Source of the DNA: Mobula hypostoma
Taxonomy: Eukaryota
NCBI RefSeq assembly: GCF_963921235.1
Contig: NC_086097.1
Location: forward strand, 176,578,001 to 176,642,000
Length of the DNA stretch: 64,000 bases
Direction: 5' to 3'
Shown here: positions 50,230-61,169 of the stretch, in pieces
How the letters are laid out: each line of letters begins with the position of its first letter
How positions within the stretch are numbered: the stretch's first letter is position 1
Translations under genes and position numbers: made by a program
The notes under the pieces: generated by a model
Seen by the model: only the letters and a program-made list of their open reading frames with translations
What the model was told of the DNA's origin: nothing
Database searches by the model: none

Positions 50230-50885
50230 ATTGGTATTGATATTAGTATTGGTATGGGATTATTTTTGTCACATTGACCAATATATAGTGAAAAGCTTGT
50301 CTTGCACATTGTTTATAGATATGAAATCATTACACAGTGCATTGAGCTAGAATAAGGTACAGTAACAATAACAATGCAGAATAAAGTGAAAAGGCTACCA
50401 ATAGATGTATTGCAGGTAGATTATAAAGTGCAATATCAGAACAGGGTAGATTGTGAAGTCAAGAGTCTGTTTTATTGTTCAAAAGTTCTATTCAAACGTC
50501 TGTTAACAGTGGGATGGAAGCTGTCCTTGAGCCTTTTGGTATGTGCTTTCAGGCTTTTGTATCTTCTATCTGACGGCAAAAGGGAAAAGAGAAAATATCC
50601 AGGGTGGGTGAGGTCTTTGATCATGCTGACTGCTTTACTGCGACAGCAAGAAGTTTAGACAGAGCTCATAGATAGGTCCTGTGATGCACTGAGATGCGAC
50701 CACAACTCTCTACTGCAGGAGGTTTCAACCTGGGATCCACAGACCCCTCGGTTATTGGTAGGGGTCCATGGCATAAGAAATGTTGGGAAACCCTGCTCTA
50801 TAGTTCCTTGCAGTCACATGCAGAGCACTTGCCATACCAAGCCATAATCCATTCAGACAGGATGCTTTCTATGGTGCTATGGTAA
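50230..50885 (-). mobile_element. Rex1-type LINE 3' part containing a small hAT-type MITE (50717-50794)
   Basis: Rex1 UTR motifs. The MITE has CAGGAGGTTTCAACC...GTTGGGAAACCCTG termini. Confidence 0.65.
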
Positions 50886-50889
50886 TTTG

Positions 50890-51520
50890 GAACACAGGCC
50901 TTCATCCGTCAATGCATTAAGTACAGGAATTGGGACGTTACAGCGCAGGGATGAGATATTGGTGAGACTGCACTTGGAGTATCATGTACAGTTTTGGTCA
51001 CCCTTTTATAGGAGAAATATTATTAAACCAGAAAGAGTGCAGGAAAGATTTACCAGGATGTTGCCTGGATTTGGAGTCCTGAGTTAAAGGAAGGAGTTGC
51101 ATAGACTGGAATTTTATTCCCTGGAATGTAGGAAATTGAGGGATATCCTGGAAAAGGTATATAAGATCATGAGAGGCACACAAAGGGTGAAAACATATGG
51201 ACTTTGTTCCCAGGAGGGGGAGCTAAAAACAAAAGGGTTTTAGATCAGAGGGAGGAATTTTAAAAAGGATTTTGGGGCAGCTTCTTCACACAAAGGATGG
51301 TGTGTATTTGGAATGAGCTGCCAGAAATAGTGGTTGAGATGAACACATTAGCAATACTTAAAAGCCATCTAGGTAAGTGCATGGATAGGAAAGGCTTAGA
51401 CAGCAATGCGCCAAATGTGGGATGATGGAACTAGCTCGCTGGGCAACAGTTTTGGCATGAACGAGTTGGACTGAAGGTCCTGTTTCTACTGTATGGCTTC
51501 ACAACTGCATGACTATGGCT
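50890..51520 (+). mobile_element. CR1 LINE 3' part
   Basis: LVRLHLEYHVQFWSP.YR...ERVQERFTRMLPG. Confidence 0.85.
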
Positions 51521-52739
51521 CTCTATCCATCCAAACTAAATTCCCTTGTCCCCTTCTCTCAAACACCTTCTCAATCTTCTTTGCTCCAAGGAGTACACTG
51601 ATCCCTCCATGCCAGAATCATCCTGACCAAAATGATCAGATGAGGCATGCTTAGCTTCAGCAGAGAACCTTTGGTTCTGCTGGCTTGTTGTTCATAATTA
51701 GCCCGGCTCTGCTTTCACCAATAATGTATATTGATGTGTGCTCTCATTATTCCGTTAACAATTGTGCATTAGATATGAGAACCTACTCCATAATTAATGA
51801 AAAATGTAGACTGCAAGCGAGGATTAGACAGAACCTCTTGCAGTGAAAGAACCGAGTTAGTGTCTGCTGATTTTACCTCATCTTATTTCACTTTCCATAA
51901 TTAGATTTCAAACAAAGGTTTTCCAAAGTGAAGGGATGCCCTGATTGTTCCGATGTCGCAGTGACTTATGACCTAGTTGCCCTGCGTGGGCCATAGAACA
52001 GCAAGCGCTTTGTTACAGGATGTACATTGTCAATCTTGCCTTTTGGATGTGTTCATCGACTATCAGTACAAATGCTGCAGATTTTCCTTTGTAATATCTG
52101 CCATCACATTAATGAGACATCGCATCACTGGTTTGTGAACCTATTGTGCCATCATTATATCTGAATCCCGCCAGACTGCATGGCTTCAGTAGTAAATGAA
52201 GGCATCACTCTAATCACCGGTAGCTGGATATACAGATAAAGAAGGCAAAAAGCTCTGGTGCATCCATGATTCAAAGTAAAGATAGGTCAAAAGGTGACAG
52301 ATGTTGGCTGTTGTTCGGCAGCTGCCAACTTAGTTTTTCTCAGTTTTATTCACAACAGGCATCTGATAGCTGATTCTTTTAAAATAAAACCCTCATTTAA
52401 ATAAAACCCTTATTTGTATGCAGATTTCCAGCCAACTATAGACCTCGAAAGAGAGAGAGCAAATGGTCACACTATTAACACTTTTATTTAATAGAATTTA
52501 TTTCCTACACTAGAAAGATAACTGGAAAATTAAGAATAAAGCAAAAATTTCTGGGCCAGCATAGCAGAAAGAGGGAGCTTTTGTGGAGAAAGAGAGAGAA
52601 TGAAGGAGCATTGAACTGAAAAGAAGCTCAGTCTGTCCCTTCATAAATGCTGCTTGACTTGCTGAATATTTGCAGCATTCTCTGTTTTATTTCAGACTTC
52701 CAGGATCTGTGAATGTTGCTTTAGAGTTGGAATTTGGGC

Positions 52740-53440
52740 TGAAATAATATTCATCTCCCTGGTATCTCTTGCAGATGGTTACACACCTTGTTGCAGTCTG
52801 CTTCAACCACTCAGGGAAGAAGGCACTGTCAGTGGCAGTGCATGAAGGCACTGTACAATACAACGAATGGTGCTAGCAAATGTGTTGGAAGTTCCTGTTC
52901 TGATTGCAAGAACTTTTTGGAAATAGGTAATGTAAAATGCTGTGAGTCCAATTCACTGGTTCGTTGGCAAGATCAATGAAGAAGGAGCTGCTTGGCCTCA
53001 TTTGGTTGGGCAGACTGCATTCACACCTCGGGTGCTGAGGAAGGAGATGCCTGAGCTGGCTGTGTGCCGCTGGATTCCACGCTGGGATGGAAGCTGTGCT
53101 GTGCTCTAGTGTTCGCTCAGTGGGAGAGAAGCTGAATTATGTTCGTCTGTGTCTTCATTGTGCGATATGAGGAACTGCCATGGGCTATTCTCGCAGGAAA
53201 CGTGGCTCCAGGACAACATCCATCAATCTAAGGGCTATGACACTCAGGGACCTGGGCTATATTATTATTGTCTTTTACATTTGTTTTTATGACTACTGTA
53301 TATTTTTGTGCTATCATAATTATATCAGCTGAGTGCTGTGTGTGATTGTTGGTTCGGTGGTTTGCACGTTGGCCCCAGAGGAACGCTGTTTCATTTGGCT
53401 GTATTTGTTATGGCTGAATGACAATTAAACTTGAACTTGA
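52740..53440 (+). mobile_element. Non-coding retroposon with (TTGAAC)n tail, related to 11070-13492
   Basis: Shared 3' block CCCAGAGGAA.GCTGTTTCATTTGGCTGTATT...ATGACAATT.AACTTGAACTT; 5' boundary approximate. Confidence 0.55.
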
Positions 53441-54121
53441 GATCTAAATTGACTTCATAGCCATCCCATTGGTGTTCCAAATCATTTGCTGGATTAAATC
53501 AAGTTCTGTTTATTGTCAAATGCGGAAGTATATCGGCATACAGGTGCAATGAAAAGCTTACTTGCAGCAGTGTCGCAGGTATATCACATTAAAAACACAA
53601 CATTTGGAAGAAAGACATAAATCATGCATAAATTGTACAAGGAAGAACAATTAGAACCAAAAAAAAGTCTATTGTAGAGTAAAATAACCATAGTGTTGCT
53701 ATACTGATTAGGGTTTGCAGGTTGGTTCCAGAACGGAATATTTAAATGGAAGTTGGTGTTCCTGAACCTGGTGGTGTGGGACTCCTACCCAATGTGCTGG
53801 ATGCTGGGGTGGTATTAGATTATCTGGAATAAATTTCCATTCCTTTTCCTATGTTTTATCCTTGTTGTTGCTGCAGACTTCAAGATTAAGGTGTGTGAAA
53901 TCTTGAGGGGCGTAGATGGGGTGAATGCATTCAGTCTTTTTCCCAGAATTGGAGAATCATGAACTAGAGGGCATAGGTTTAAGATGACAAGCGAAAGAAT
54001 GTTTCAAAACTTGAGGGGCAATGTTTTTACACAAAAGGTGGTTTCATGAGCTCTCAGAGGAGGTGGTTGAGACAAATATAATAAGAACTTTCAAAATTCA
54101 CTTGGACAGGTACATGGATAG

Positions 54122-54231
54122 TGTTGTTGAGTGAACAATCTCACCGGAGAGACACAGTTGGCAGATATGAAAAGTGCTCTTTTTATTTGATACACACAGA
54201 TACGATACTCACAAATAAGCTACCTTTTGGA

Positions 54232-54263
<32 letters not shown>

Positions 54264-54605
54264 GAGGGAAAGACAGAGACCCTTTCAGAGCAAGAGAAGT
54301 GCTCAGCCCAACGCTACACAACATTTCAAAGAACAAATCATCCACAATGTTTCCTTTGAACTACACACAATCCTCACACCTCTTGCTTCACACTCACACC
54401 TCAGACATCAAGTAACGAATTTAAATCAGCATTGTCTGGTCTTCCAGTTAACTGTGGGGTCTTCCAGTTAACTTGGTTTCTGGTTCTTACGATCCCGTTG
54501 TTCAGAGCTGCATTTTAGATTTAATCTACAATTCATATTCGTATCTGAAGACTGGTGGCTGAAGTTATTTGCTACATGTGCTAAACCCCAAAAAATACTC
54601 CAACA
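54122..54605 (-). mobile_element. Solo LTR (484 bp), TGTTG...CAACA, inside a CR1 3' end (53885-54730)
   Basis: Perfect 5-bp TSD GATAG at 54117-54121 and 54606-54610. Minus-strand AATAAA near 54182-54187. Internal (GA)n at 54237-54262. Confidence 0.88.
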
Positions 54606-55282
54606 GATAGAAAAGGTTTAAAGGGCAAACACTGACAAAAGTGATTGGCTTGAATGAACCATCTTGGTTGGCATGGGCCAGGTGGGCCAAAGGGCCTGAT
54701 TCTGTATGGCATAACTTTATGACTCTCGTAAGACTGATGAATCTGATGATAACCAAGAATCAACAGATGGTCTGAAGTCATGATTTAATTGAATGGCCTC
54801 TTAATGCTCCTGCATCTTTAATCCATGGTAAGTTTCACCTATAGAGGGCAGCAAAGATCACATATTAGCTGAACATTTGATCTTGGAAGGGAATGTTGTT
54901 TCATCAAGATCCCAGAAAACATGATCGTTTAATAGGCAATCAGAAAATCAACATCCAAGTCCTTCATCAAATAAATATTATACTTCAAACCAAGTGATTT
55001 AATGAGAGCTTGCATAGAAGGAATATCCAACTGAATAATGCTCAGCCAAAGATAATGGTCCATAATTTATTACATCCATTATTAAAAAGACCCCCCACCA
55101 CCCAGGTCTTGCCTTGTTCTCATTGTTACCATTGGGAAGGAAGTACAGAAGTCTGAAGCCACACTCTCAGCAACTCAGGAAGAGCTTCTTCCCCTCTGCC
55201 ATCTGATTTCTGAATGGACATTGTACCCATGAACAATATCTCACTACTTTTTTTATGTCCATTTTTGCACTACTTATTTAAC

Positions 55283-55287
<5 letters not shown>

Positions 55288-55326
<39 letters not shown>
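55288..55326. repeat. (TA)n microsatellite within a Rex1 3' UTR (55080-55345)
   Basis: Direct reading. Confidence 0.95.
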
Positions 55327-55330
<4 letters not shown>

Positions 55331-56299
55331 CTTGATTCTGATTCTAAATGAACTGCCTGTTTTTATTCCTTCTCAACATCCCAGAGCCTATCTCAGCAGC
55401 GGCTGGAAAGACACTGTGAACATAATGGTGCAAGAGGCCTCCCTCCTTTTCTATAATTTACAGTGGTTCTATCATTCTATAATAAAACCAGACCATTATG
55501 GGAGTGAGGAAGGAGGCTTTGTTATCCGTGGCACCCACCAGCTTCTGGAAGGCTCTGACAGATGGTTAACCCCCCATGAACATCTCATCAGGCTTTCGGT
55601 ACCGCTGTGGCTTTCAATACTTCTGGAGGTCTGGGAAGATAAAATAAATAATTAAAGCTCTTTAAAAATTATTAAAAATGTAAAAACATAGAAGCAATTA
55701 TATTACATAAAACATAATTGAATAATTAAAAACATCACAGTAACTTATAAGAAGGAACATTCTTTTCCTTTTCCATCCATCAGCTTAGAAACCAAAACCG
55801 ATATTTGAACCAGAAACAGTGAGTTCACTCGGACTCATTTTTTGGTAGGAGTTTTTGTTTCATTTATTCATTCACAGGATGCAGGCATTACTGACAAGAT
55901 TAAAGTCACAATCGAGTTTATTGTCATGTGTACAAACACGTAGGCACAGACACAATGAAAAGCTTGCAGCAGTACCCCAGACATATAGAATCATATAAGC
56001 AGCATTCACAAGAAAAGTAAATTAAACACAATTTTTACAAGAAAGAACATAGAGCAAAAATATTATCTATTTTAGTGCAAGGTTATCAAAGTATTCATAT
56101 GTCGCTATAATGATAGTGATTAGGGTTGTGTCAGTTCATTCAAGATGTGAATGGTTGAAGGGAAGTAACTTATTGAACCTAGTGATGAGGGACTTGAGAC
56201 CTCTCTGATGACAGACTCCTAAACCTAATTTCAATTTTAACGACTGAGGGGACTTAGCAGGGTCGATGCTCAGAGAATGTATCTCCTTGTGAGGATCAA

Positions 56300-58575
56300 A
56301 TTCTGCAGCAGTGTCTCAGAAAATGGAATTTGACTCAGACAAGTGTGAGGAATTTCAGTTTGGGAGATCAAATATAAAAGGACAATGCATAGTTAATGAA
56401 ACAGTGCAGCACAGTACAAACACTTTGGCTAACAATGCTGTGCCGACCTTTTATCCAACTCCAAGATCAATCTGATGCTTCCCTCCTGCATAGCTCTTCA
56501 TTTTCTATTATCTACGTGCCTTTCCATGAGTCTCTTAAATAATATCATAAGATGTAGGAGCAGAATTGGGCCATTCAGCCCATCGAGTTTGCTCCTCCAT
56601 TCCATGACGGCTGATTTATTATCCTGCTCAACTCCATCTCCTACCTTCTCCCCGTAACCTTTCACACCGTGACTAATCAAGAACGTATCAATCTCCACTT
56701 TAAATATACTCAGTGACTTACCCTCCACAGCCATCCATGGCAATGAACTCCACAGACTCAATATCCTGTGGCTAAAGAAATTCCTCTTAATCTCTGTTCT
56801 AGATCTACGTCCTTCTATTATGAGACTGTGCTCTCTGCTCCTAGAATCTCCCACTATAGGAAAAATCCTCTCCACATCCACTCTATCTAGGCCTTTCAAT
56901 ATTCGATAGGTTTTAATGAGGTTACACCCACATTTTTCTAAACTCTAGCAAGTACAGGCCTAGAGCCATCAAACACTATTCATACATTAACACTTTAATT
57001 CCTTGAATCATTCTTGTGAACCTCCGGACGCTCTCCAATGCCAGCACATCTTTTCTAAGATAAGGGGCCCAAAACTGCTCACAATACTCTCAGTGCAGTC
57101 TGACCAATGCTTTATAAAACCTCAGCATTATGTTATTGGTCTTATATTCTAGTCTTCTCGAAGTGAATGCTAGTGTTGCGTTTGCCTTCCTTACCACCGT
57201 CTCACTTTGCAAATTAACCTTTAGGGAATTTTGCACAAGGACTCTCAAGTCCCAAATATCCCTTCTGCATCTGCCTCTACTGCCACCATTGACCATGTGC
57301 TCCATTCATCCACCACTCTGTATAAAAAACCTGCCTCTGATATTCCCCCCTTACTTTCCCCCAATCATCATAAAATTATGCCCTCTCATGTTAGCCATTT
57401 CCACCCTAGAAAAAGATGCCGGCTGTCCACCCTATTAATGCCTCATTAAGTTAGATCTCATCCTCTTTGCTCTGAAGAGGAAAACACTCTCACAACCTGT
57501 TATCATGAGCCACACTCTGTAATCCATGAAGTATCTGGTAAATCTACTCTGCACCCTCATTTTTAAAGCTTCTACATCCTTCCCATAATGAGGTAACCAA
57601 AAGTGAACACAATACTCCAAAAGGGTTCTAACCAGAGTTTTGTAGAGCTGCTGCATTACTTCACAGCTCTTGATCTCAATCCTTGACTAATGAAGGCCAA
57701 CACACTATACACATTCTTAACCACCCTATTAACTTGTGCGGCAGATTTGAGGTATCTCTGGACATGGAGCCCAAGATTGTCTGTTTTCCCACACTACTTA
57801 GAATCCAGTTATTAACCCCACACTTTGACTTCAAGTTCGACCTTGCAAACTTGGAAGGCAGTTGAATTCCATCTGCTTTTTCTCAGACCAGCTACACTTT
57901 TAGTAGCATTAACATACAGAGAGATCCTGGGGTCCAAGTCTATAACTCTCTGAAATTGACCACACAAATGGACAGGGTAGCAAGGAAGGCACTGAGTTCA
58001 AAACTGAGATAGTTATGCTGCAACTTCGTAAAACTCTGGTTAGGCCACATCTGGAGTATTACATTCAGTTCTGGTTGCCCCATTATAAGAAGAATTTGGA
58101 GGCTTTGGAGAGGGTGTAAAGGAGGTTTACTGAGATGCTGCCTGGATTGGAAGGCGTGAGCTATAAAGAGAGATTGGTCAAATTGGGTCTTTGTTTACTG
58201 AAGTGTTGGAGACTGAGGAGAGACCTGATAGAAGTTTATAAAATCATGAGAGGCACAGCCAGCATCATTTACCCAGGTTCAAAATATTAATACTAAAGCG
58301 GATGCATTTAAAGTGAGAGGGGAAAGTTCAAAGATGGTGTGTGGGGCAGGTTTTATTTACACAGGGAGTGGTGGAATGCTTGGAAAGAATGGCCACTGGT
58401 ATGGAGGGAGATACAACAGAGATATTTAAAGGAATTTTCGATAGGTACATGAATATGAACAGAATGGAGGGACTATGTGCAGACAGAATGGATTAGGTGC
58501 ATTGCTTTATTAGATCGGCATAACATTATGTATCAAAGGGCCTACTTTTTAATGTTCTGTTCTATGTCCCATGTT
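56300..58575. mobile_element. Triple-nested CR1 cluster: plus-strand CR1 split by a minus CR1 (56400-57890), itself split by a minus CR1 (56547-57254)
   Basis: CR1 C-terminal motifs in each part (ORFs 56498-56899, 57090-57305, 57435-57656). AATATC is duplicated at the inner junctions. Confidence 0.8.
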
Positions 58576-58734
58576 CATATTGAAGACAAATAAGGAGGAA
58601 TTTCTCTCAGAGGATCATGAACTTCGGAACTGTTGCTGCTAAATCGATGAACATACTCTAAGCCAAGCTGTGCAAAGGATTAGGGAAAAATTAAACAGAC
58701 CTGTCAGGAAAGTGGAATTGAGACCAAGGTCTGA

Positions 58735-60310
58735 TGGAAGTTCAAAGTAAAACTTATTATCAGAGCATATACATGTCTTCACATACAACCCTGAGATTCT
58801 TTTTCTTGAAGGCATACTCAGCAACTCTATAGGACATGAACTGCAAACAGGATCAAGGAACAACAAACTGTGCAAATGGAAATATAAATAAATAAATAGC
58901 AAGTATGAAATAACAGAATAAAGCGTCCTTAAAGTGAGATCATTGGTTGTGGGAACACCAGAAATATAATGAGTGTAGTTATGCCCTCTTGTTCAAGAGC
59001 TTGATGGTTGAGGGGTAGTAACTGTTCTTGAAACTGGTGGTGTGAGTCCTGAGGCTCTTTTAACTTCTACCTGAAAGAAAGCTTATTGGGTGTTAGCTTT
59101 CATAAGTCGAGGGATAGAGTTTAAGAGTCACGAGGTAATGATGCAGCTCTATAAAACTCTGGTTAGACCTCACTTGGAGTACTGTGTCCATTTCTGGTCA
59201 CCTCACTGTAGGAAGGATGTGGAAGCATTGGAAAGGGTACAGAGGAGATTTACCAGGATGCTGCCTGATTTAGAGAGATTAAGATTATGATATTATTATA
59301 CATTATGATCAGAGATTAAGGGAGCTAGGGCTTTACTCTTTGGAGAGAAGGAGGATGAGAGGAGACATGATACATGTATACAAGATATTAAGAGGAATAG
59401 ATAGAGTGGATAGCCAGTGCCTCTTCCCCAGGGCACCACTGCTCAATACAAGGGGACATGGCTTTAAGGTAAGGGGTAGGAAGTTCAAGGGGGATATTAG
59501 AGGTAGGTTTTTTACTCAGAGAGTGGTTGGTGCGTGGAATACACCGCCTGAGTCAGTGGTGGAGGCAGATACACTAGTGAAATTTAAGAGACTACTAGAC
59601 AGGTATATGGAGGAATTTAAGGTGGGGGCTTATATGGGAGGCAGGGTTTGAGGGTCGGTACAACAATGTGGGCTGAAGGGCCTGTACTGTGCTGTACTAT
59701 TCTATATTCTCTGTTCTATGATCTATGTTCTATGATGGCATCAGCCAGAAAAGAACATGTTGGTGGGGATCTTTCATGATGGTTGCTGGTTTTCTATGGC
59801 AACGTTTCATGTAGAAGTACTCAATGGTTGAGAGGGCTTTACCCATGAGGTACTGCGCCAAATCTGTTACCTTTTGTAGGATTTTCCACAGAAAGGCATT
59901 GGTGTTCCCATACCAGGCCGTAATGTAGCCAGTCAGCACACTTTCCACCACACATCTTTCAAGGTTTTTGATGACATGCTGAATCTCCACAAGCTCCTGA
60001 GTAAACAGAGGTGCTGTTGTGTTTACTTTGCAATTACCTATATATATGATGGGTCCAGGACAGGTCCTCTGAAATAGTAACACCCAGGAATTTAAAGTTG
60101 CTGTCTTTCTCCATCTGGCTCATGGACCGCTGTTTTTCCTCTCCTGAAGTCTACAATCTGAACCTTGCTGACATTGAATGAGAGACTGTTGTAATGACAC
60201 CTCTCAGCCAAATTTTCAATCTCCCTCCTGTATGCCGATTCATCACCACATTTGATACAGCCCACATCAATGGTATGTAATGTTGGAGATGTACTTAGTC
60301 ACACAGTCAT
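58735..60310 (-). mobile_element. Rex1/Babar LINE split by a CR1
   Basis: RCVVESVLTGYITAWYGNTNA (ORF 59730-60083); tail GTTCAAAGT at the left end. Confidence 0.85.
59075..59731 (+). mobile_element. Young CR1 3' end, same subfamily as 42890-43510
   Basis: Near-identical stretches by eye, including FPRAPLLNTR.H.FKVR. Confidence 0.92.
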
Positions 60311-60397
60311 ATTTACTCAGCCGTAATCTTACTGAATGGGAGGGTGGTGCAGGATTGAGGGTCCGAATCACCAATTCCAGCTTCTACTGTGTAGTGG

Positions 60398-60715
60398 ATG
60401 GCATGGTATTGTAGCGGCTAGTGTAACGCTGTACAGTGTTAATGATCAAAGTTCGATTCCTGTGGCTGTCTTTAAAGAGTTCGTATGTTTTCCCCATAAC
60501 TGCATAGGTTTCTTCCAAGTTCTCCAGTTCTCCCCCCCCCCCACCTTCCAAAGATGTTAGTAAGAGTTAATAAATTGTGGGCATGGTATGTTGGCACCAG
60601 AACCATAGCAACACTTGCAAACTGCCCCCAGCGCATCCAGGCAAACAACGTATTTCACTGAATGTTTTAATGTTTCGATGTGCATGTGAGAAGTAAGGAC
60701 TATTGCTCATCTTTA
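60398..60715 (+). mobile_element. tRNA-derived V-SINE-like element with non-CR1 (Rex1-like) tail
   Basis: A box TGGTATTGTAGCGG, B box GTTCGATTCC, V-domain-like core, tail ATTTCACTG...CATGTGA. Confidence 0.65.
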
Positions 60716-60961
60716 TTACTTATGTAAACTGACTGCCACATTTCCATTGTTACAATAGAGACTACATTTTGAATCTTACCTTATTGTCTGTAACACATTC
60801 TGGGATATCCAGTTAAGGAGGTGAAACTTTTCCAATATCATTTTTTTAAAGAATGTAAGCAAAGAATAAAACACAATAATTTTGGTATAATTAAACATCT
60901 TATTATTAGCTAGTTTCTTTTCTTGATATCTAATGCTGACAACTAAGTCTCGAGTTGAGGC

Positions 60962-61168
60962 ACCAAGAGACCTGCAGATACTGAAATCTGGAGCAACAGA
61001 AATAAAGCTGGAAAAGCTCAGGAGGTCACGAGCATCTGTGGGTGGGGGAGAATGAATTGTTAATGTTTCAGGTTGAAACTCTGCATCAGAATTAATTCTC
61101 TAACAGTCCAGATGAAGTGTCTGAACTCAAAACATCAGCTATCTGTTTCCTCCTCATGGATGGTGCTA
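60962..61168. mobile_element. Old fold-back Penelope-derived element
   Basis: CTGCAGATACTG.AATCTGGAGCAAC arm and an opposing CAGTCCAGATGAAG...AAAC degenerate hammerhead arm. Confidence 0.55.
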
Positions 61169-61169
61169 G

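Noticed and set aside
17356..52414. Short tandem duplications (near 17356-17411, 28325-28360, 36343-36388, 52382-52415)
   Set aside because: Ordinary 16-24 bp slippage or repair duplications with no sign of function.
55570..55620. Minus-strand GAAA...CTGATGA as a hammerhead or C/D snoRNA
   Set aside because: Stems I and III cannot be formed in the required register, and no convincing D box with terminal stem is present.
42890..59731. Segmental duplication between 42890-43510 and 59075-59731
   Set aside because: Similarity is confined to the CR1 body and the flanks differ, so these are independent insertions of one subfamily.
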